This document shows positions 37,086 to 42,640 of a stretch of 42,640 nucleotides of DNA, piece by piece. Both the position numbers and the translations under genes were made by a program. The notes under the pieces were generated by a model. The model was not told the DNA's origin. It searched no databases and saw nothing but the letters and a program-made list of their open reading frames with translations. The DNA comes from Streblomastix strix (Eukaryota), in assembly GCA_008636045.1 (NCBI GenBank), contig SNRW01000016.1, positions 1 to 42,640 of the forward strand, in the 5' to 3' direction. Every line of letters starts with the position of its first letter. The first letter of the stretch is position 1.

Positions 37086-40000
37086 TCAAACAACAATAAT
37101 ATAATCACTAGCTTTAAGACCAAGAATATAAGAACAACAGCTTTGGTCTTTTAATACGATTGCCTTAGTGCGTATTCCCGTAATGCCATTTTTTATGTAG
37201 CTATTTTTGACATTATATAATTCTTTTGGCAAAGTCTCATATTAGTAGCTTTTGTTATCGTTCCACTATTAATATTATCCACTACGGTTTATTCACTTAT
37301 TTTTGTTGTCTTCTAATTGACATCCTTTAATTTTATTTTATCCTTCTCATCAACTTTTATATAATAATTCTTAGACGCTAATGCAATCATTTCGGTTCCT
37401 TCACTTTCGATAGCTAAACCTAATATTTTTTTCTCATCTAATAAATCATTTTCAATATTCGGAAAGTAATATTTTGCATTATCATCATAAAATTACTTAT
37501 CTTTAATAACATAATTAAATTATAATTAATATCCCGCTTCTGTTGAGCCATTAACGGCCCAATAAGCTGAATCAGTGTCTCCTTCTATAAAGGAAAGTTT
37601 CGTCATATCAAATGCTTTATGCATAAAATTATAAATGAAATTTACATAATGATATTTAGTATTATCCAATACAAAATATGCCTCCTTAATGTGTGTCTTA
37701 CATGTGCAAGTCTCAGGGTTTAATTATACCGCGTAAACATTATCTGATAATTATTGTTCATCCATAAAAGTATTTGATAAATGAGATTATAGCGCTCCCT
37801 ACTAATCCATGACTTTAATTTCTGTATATTTCTCTGCGTTAATTCCATCGGATCCATATGATGAGTTCATAGTTATTTTACAAAATAATTCTAGCCTTAT
37901 GTTTCCTTCAATTTTCGCTTATATTCTCTAGCCTAAAAATTCCTTGACGAACTGTTTAAATCCTTCATGTTTATTAAATAATATTAATAATTTTACATCA
38001 TCAATAATAAAATGGCAGTTATCGATTAAGAACCATAAATAGTACGAGCTGAAAGACTTGAACTCACCCATAGTCGATAATAGATTTGTTAATTTTCTTT
38101 AATTTTGGTCGGTTTTAATGTTGTTATTTTTCATATGATTATACATGTTGGACCCAATCGTATCCTCGTTAGTTGTAATTGTATAATTTCTTAAAATAGG
38201 GGGAAATTAATAGTCATTTATAAAAGTTTCGACGATGTGTCCCTTTAATTCAGCTATAAATAACTAATCGCGTCAATTAATGATATTCATTATTTTTTGT
38301 TTTTCGTCTATTCTTCCTTTCACGCTTCCTGCCATATACATTTTGCCACCCGTATAAGTAATAAATTTATGTGGCTCGGATGATATTACAGAGGGATATA
38401 AAGAATTGAAATCAACACCGACAATATGAGATATTAGATTATTTGAAGTTTGAACATGAACTTTCTTTTCTTTCATAACTGAATTATTTTATTGTGTCTT
38501 TGCCTGCTAAATTTTCCCCATGCATAACATTAGATAAGCCGCCAGTTATTCCATTACGGATCGGTTTATAATCTTCAATATTTGTTAAATTTGTCGGCAA
38601 ACTATGAAGCAAGCAAAATCTGCGAAGTTAAATAAATAATCGACATAAATTTTTATCTTTATTTGAACAGTATTTATTGCAATAGAGGCAGCAAGATTAT
38701 ACATTATCTTTTGTATGAGGAAAATTATTATTGATTCGATCGAGTGTTGGCATATTATTCATTGTAAATTTATCACCACAAATGGCACAATCTGACGATT
38801 CGAGTAATTGCTTAAAATATTCGAAGTCATTAATTGATTCAATATTTTTTGTTTCTCTATGTTTTATTTGGTGTTGGAATGTATAACCATCTACTTTATA
38901 CTTCCAATATGAGGGATATAAAACGAATTTATAAGAGTTGTCAATAATGGGGGGATAATTGGCATTTAAATCAAAGTCTTTATAAGCTAATGCGTATTTT
39001 ATAGCGTTTGCATATGCAGCCATGGATATTAAGCTAAATATATCAATTTTATACTACAGATTCATTTAAATTAAATTGTCTATTGATGGTATCATTATTT
39101 TTGAATCCTGTTCATTATAATACTGTAAATATTCTCATCTATTTTTAAATTATTTTGCATCCCGTAAATAAATTTTATATTCTTCTTCGCTCATTGATGA
39201 GTTTCTTTGTGTTGAATTGAATGCTTCGATGGGGAATGGTTCCGAATCATTGAGGACATCATTAAAATTATTAGTGTTAATATATTTATATGGAAATACA
39301 CCCTTTTAATTACTTTTGTAATTAGAGAAATTTTAAACGAAATCTTTCAATGTCATCGCTTAAACATAGACCATAATATCACAGAATTTCAATTTAATTT
39401 CTGAGTGCTTATATTAAACAAAGATTTATTTAGCTTATGATGGACTACCAATATAGCTCTTAATTTCCCAGTCAGAAGATTATAAGCGTTTAAATATCAA
39501 TGCAAAATCAAACTTTGCACTATTGAATCCAACGATTGGAACCTCATTTGATTATAACTCGTTAATGGCATTATCAATAACTTAATTATCAATCAAAATT
39601 TATTCCGCTTCTTTGAATATTTATTTGAGCCATTAATTTATAAAATCTGCGCAATTTTGTAAATCATAGCAAATCGTTTTCATACCCTATTTATTCTTAA
39701 TTGTCGAGGCCACAGAAAGAGGAACCAATTATGAAATTTATTTGCATGATTTGCTAAAAATCTTTATTAATAACTTTCTCCACTGTTTCAAAATCATAAG
39801 TAATATAGTAGCTCGTGGGTATAAATTCATTCATTCGTCCATTTGCTAGCAAGAATTAAAATGTTTTATTCTGCATTAGATGCGGGCAAAATGGCCTTTG
39901 AACAGCTTCCCGTTTAACCTCCATTATTATTTTCCCTTCGTTAATTTCGCATTTTTTATGTGTTTCTCAAAGTCTCTTGCAAATTGAGTATGTTTAAAGT

Positions 40001-41389
40001 CAAAAGCTTTTGACTTAAAGAAGGGGCAAAATCTTAATCCTGTTAATGATTCTTTATTCGAGATATAAAAAAGCATTCGTATCATTTTCTGAGGAGCATA
40101 TTAAAACCTTAAACTCGGGGATGCTGTCGAGTTCATCAATGGATACATCGCTGGATATGTTATTGGATTCATTATCTTCTTTGTATTCATATACTTTTGA
40201 TTGATAATATATTTTTTGCTCAGTGTCATAATCATAAATATTTATATTAATTTTCTCTTCTTAAATGAACTTATCAATCTCTGTATCAATATCGAATACC
40301 TTATAATCTTGCAACCAATTTTAAAATTATTTTTTATGCAAATTATAATATTTCATCATGTGCTCCTTTGTCTTGTACTCGCGTGAGTGTTCGCTGATTC
40401 TTTATAGGGGGTGAATCTGGATATTTAAATAAATTATAGGCATAGAGCAAGCATATATTATATTTGCATCTTGTCGTTCTCAAACAGTTCTTATGTCCCT
40501 ATAAATGAAAGTCTATAAGTTCCTATATGCTGTTACCTATGCGAAACTGAGGATGGGCAAACGTTTTAATCATCATCGAATAAATTGCAATGAACCGCTG
40601 TTTTGTGTTATCCGAATTAAAGTTCAGCATCTCTATAATTTCTGATTTAACATATTACTTGCATTCTTCGATGTCTTGGCCATTGATTATCGACTTGGGG
40701 ATTTGCTTTTATGTTCTTGCTTCTTGGGGCCAAATACATTAATATGAAATCGTTGATTATCCTTTGTCATAATTTTACTCCTCATAAATAACCCCAAAAT
40801 CAAAGGTAATTTTAAATGCTTTATGATTCTGTTTAAAATATACTGAGTCAATAAATTTATTTATCTCTTCTAAAGAATAAATCAAATTACTATAGTATGT
40901 GCAGCTGGTTGCCCTTTCTATCTCTTTCTCAAATTTAAATCCTTAACGTGCTTTATCAACGACATCAATAAATTTGTCCTAGTCTTGGGGAGGGGAATAA
41001 AGCAACGTATCAGAATAATCATTTTATATTTCATTGACTTATTCACTACCATATTTATTAATTTTATCGCTAATTTCTTCATTCTATATCACATCAATAT
41101 ATAGCTGAGGTAAAACGAATGCGCTTTTAGTCTCTTAAAAATTCTGGGGCTTAGTAAATTATTTAGTCTAATTTAAAAAATGCCTTTGGATTTCATGTTC
41201 CAGTTCAATTCGTTTATTTTATGTACTAATGATTTTATTTAGTGTATTAAAATTATTCCTTCCGCGCTTGGGAAAATTAAATTCAATTAGTTATTGATCA
41301 AACATTTATTTTGGTTCATTTCTTTTTAATTTACTTTTAACGTTTGAACCTAATAATTTGATGGTTTCACTTTTCTTTAAATAAGGCAT
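37086..41389 (-). pseudogene. polB: Protein-primed family B DNA polymerase with HNH-like insert
   Basis: Exo motifs YDFET, GFNSAKFD, YNEQD; KGVFPY; DFNSLYPS; KITMNSSYG; EGDTDS; LASKNYY. Some TGAs and frameshifts. Confidence 0.93.
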
Positions 41390-41804
41390 ATTTATTATAA
41401 ATTAAAAAAATAAAAAAAATATTAATAAATTTGGTTAGGCTAAAATAAATATAAATTAAATCAATTGTCAAATATAAATTCTTAGTTTTTTAAATCAAAT
41501 TCATTTTTCAATTCTAGATAAGCTTGATATAAAACGTCAATGATTTCTTTATTTAAATATAGCCTCTATTTATATAATATTATTTAATTTTATGCTTCAT
41601 CAATAATTTCATTAATGGGAATCTCTATCGTATAAATATCAAATCAACTGGCCCGTGTTTATTTTGAATATTATTGTAGGTGAATTAATTAATCTTAAAA
41701 GACGTAAATTCGTTTGATACAAAACGCGTATTCCATTGTTTCTGTTTAATTGTAATCGATTTTTTTATTTAATTTGTCCATTTATGAAAGATAAATATAA
41801 TTTA

Positions 41805-42530
41805 TTTCACTAATATTAAATTTCTAGTAATATATTATTATAATAATCTATGTATTAATCTGCTATCTTACGACCAAAGTTATCATATAATGTAAATACG
41901 ACAGATTTATTCTATCCAATAAAACACTCTTACGAGAGCATGTTTTGGCCCCATAAAACAGGCTCATCAATCAAGTTCTATTTGAAGCATACATTATTAA
42001 TCACATTACCGCCGACTGTCTCCATCATTATACCCTTTAATTAGTTATTTAAACATATTATTAATATCTGTGGATATTCTATAATATTACCTATAAATGG
42101 ACAAATTATTGGTATATCAGCAATCATACTATTAGTTTAAAATTTAATCTTATAAATCCGTGTCTCCAAATCAATCTATTTTATAGACGACGAAAGATTT
42201 GACAATTAATTTGATCCATTCTCATTTAGACCATCATATAAATCTAAACTTCCTGCTAAATGATAATACAAATTTGGTGATAATATTATTTTTTTAGCAT
42301 TCCAATTAATATGCTCAACTGCTGACCATTCGCCAACAACTCCAGCGAAGAATTTGCAATAGAAGCAAGCCCTTCCAACAGCTGTATAAATATCCGTCAA
42401 TTCGTAGCTCTTTTAAGTTAGCCGCTTGGTTTATTTTCTAACGAATATATATGCCTTCTAAATCTTCTGATTCATTCACTTATGCAGGAGTAAATTTATT
42501 CTTAAATGCTGAATGCTTGGTGTTATTGTA
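41805..42530 (-). pseudogene. C-terminal half of a penton-like gene
   Basis: LSPNLYYHLAGSLDLYD, IDLET, ADIPIICPFIGN..YPQ, GQNMLSQEC, FTLYDNFGRKI; homologue of 13510-14996. Confidence 0.55.
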
Positions 42531-42531
42531 T

Positions 42532-42640
42532 TCATCAACTTTTATATAATAATTCTTAGACGCTAATGCAATCATTTCGGTTCCTTCACTTTCGATAGCT
42601 AAACCTAATATTTTTTTCTCATCTAATAAATCATTTTCAA
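42532..42640 (-). repeat. Exact duplicate of polB segment 37347-37455
   Basis: 109 bp identical by eye (ENDLLDEKKILGLAIESEGTEMIALASKNYYIKVDE). Confidence 0.92.

Larger units (their letters stand above)
26337..42640. mobile_element. Endogenous Polinton-like virus element 2 (continues beyond the window)
   Basis: Dense cluster of pPolB, packaging ATPase, capsid-like, fibre-like and KilA-N genes; four genes are homologous to element 1. The left boundary is guessed from an AGT-starting GC-rich block. Confidence 0.85.

Noticed and set aside
5830..39140. TGA read as Trp (several in-frame TGAs sit where Trp is expected, e.g. ~5832, ~36427, ~39135)
   Set aside because: TGG is common, genes terminate in TGA, TGA also replaces Gly or Arg codons (~6377, 23713), and frameshifts co-occur. 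G-to-A decay is the simpler explanation.
5864..40386. Many ORF-track entries (e.g. 5864-6178, 6453-6701, 13094-13375, 22886-23068, 25045-25284, 30741-30953, 40201-40386)
   Set aside because: They are antisense or off-frame shadows of longer code-6 genes.

Overview
Very AT-rich eukaryotic DNA that reads as long ORFs only if TAA/TAG are decoded as Gln and TGA is the stop (genetic code 6; an oxymonad such as Streblomastix is a plausible host, by inference), so the supplied ORF track is fragmented. The window is almost all mobile DNA. From left to right: a decayed hAT-like transposase; a ~305-335 bp tandem satellite; Polinton-like element 1 (4960-17682, AGT...ACT TIRs, 6-bp TAGATA TSD, D-D35-D-type integrase, exonuclease-deficient pPolB with HNH insert, penton-like gene, no MCP or ATPase) carrying a nested internally deleted mariner; a NEK pseudokinase fragment; a structurally complete DIRS1-type retrotransposon (ITRs, ICR, gag, RT-RH-MT, tyrosine recombinase) with four fixed-geometry GGGC-N23-GCCC motifs; and Polinton-like virus element 2 (from ~26.3 kb past the right edge) with a putative MCP, A32-type ATPase, phage-fibre-like genes, a small amphipathic MG-start protein, KilA-N, pPolB and penton. 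Most genes carry premature TGAs or frameshifts. All translations were done by eye, so gene ends are approximate unless stated.
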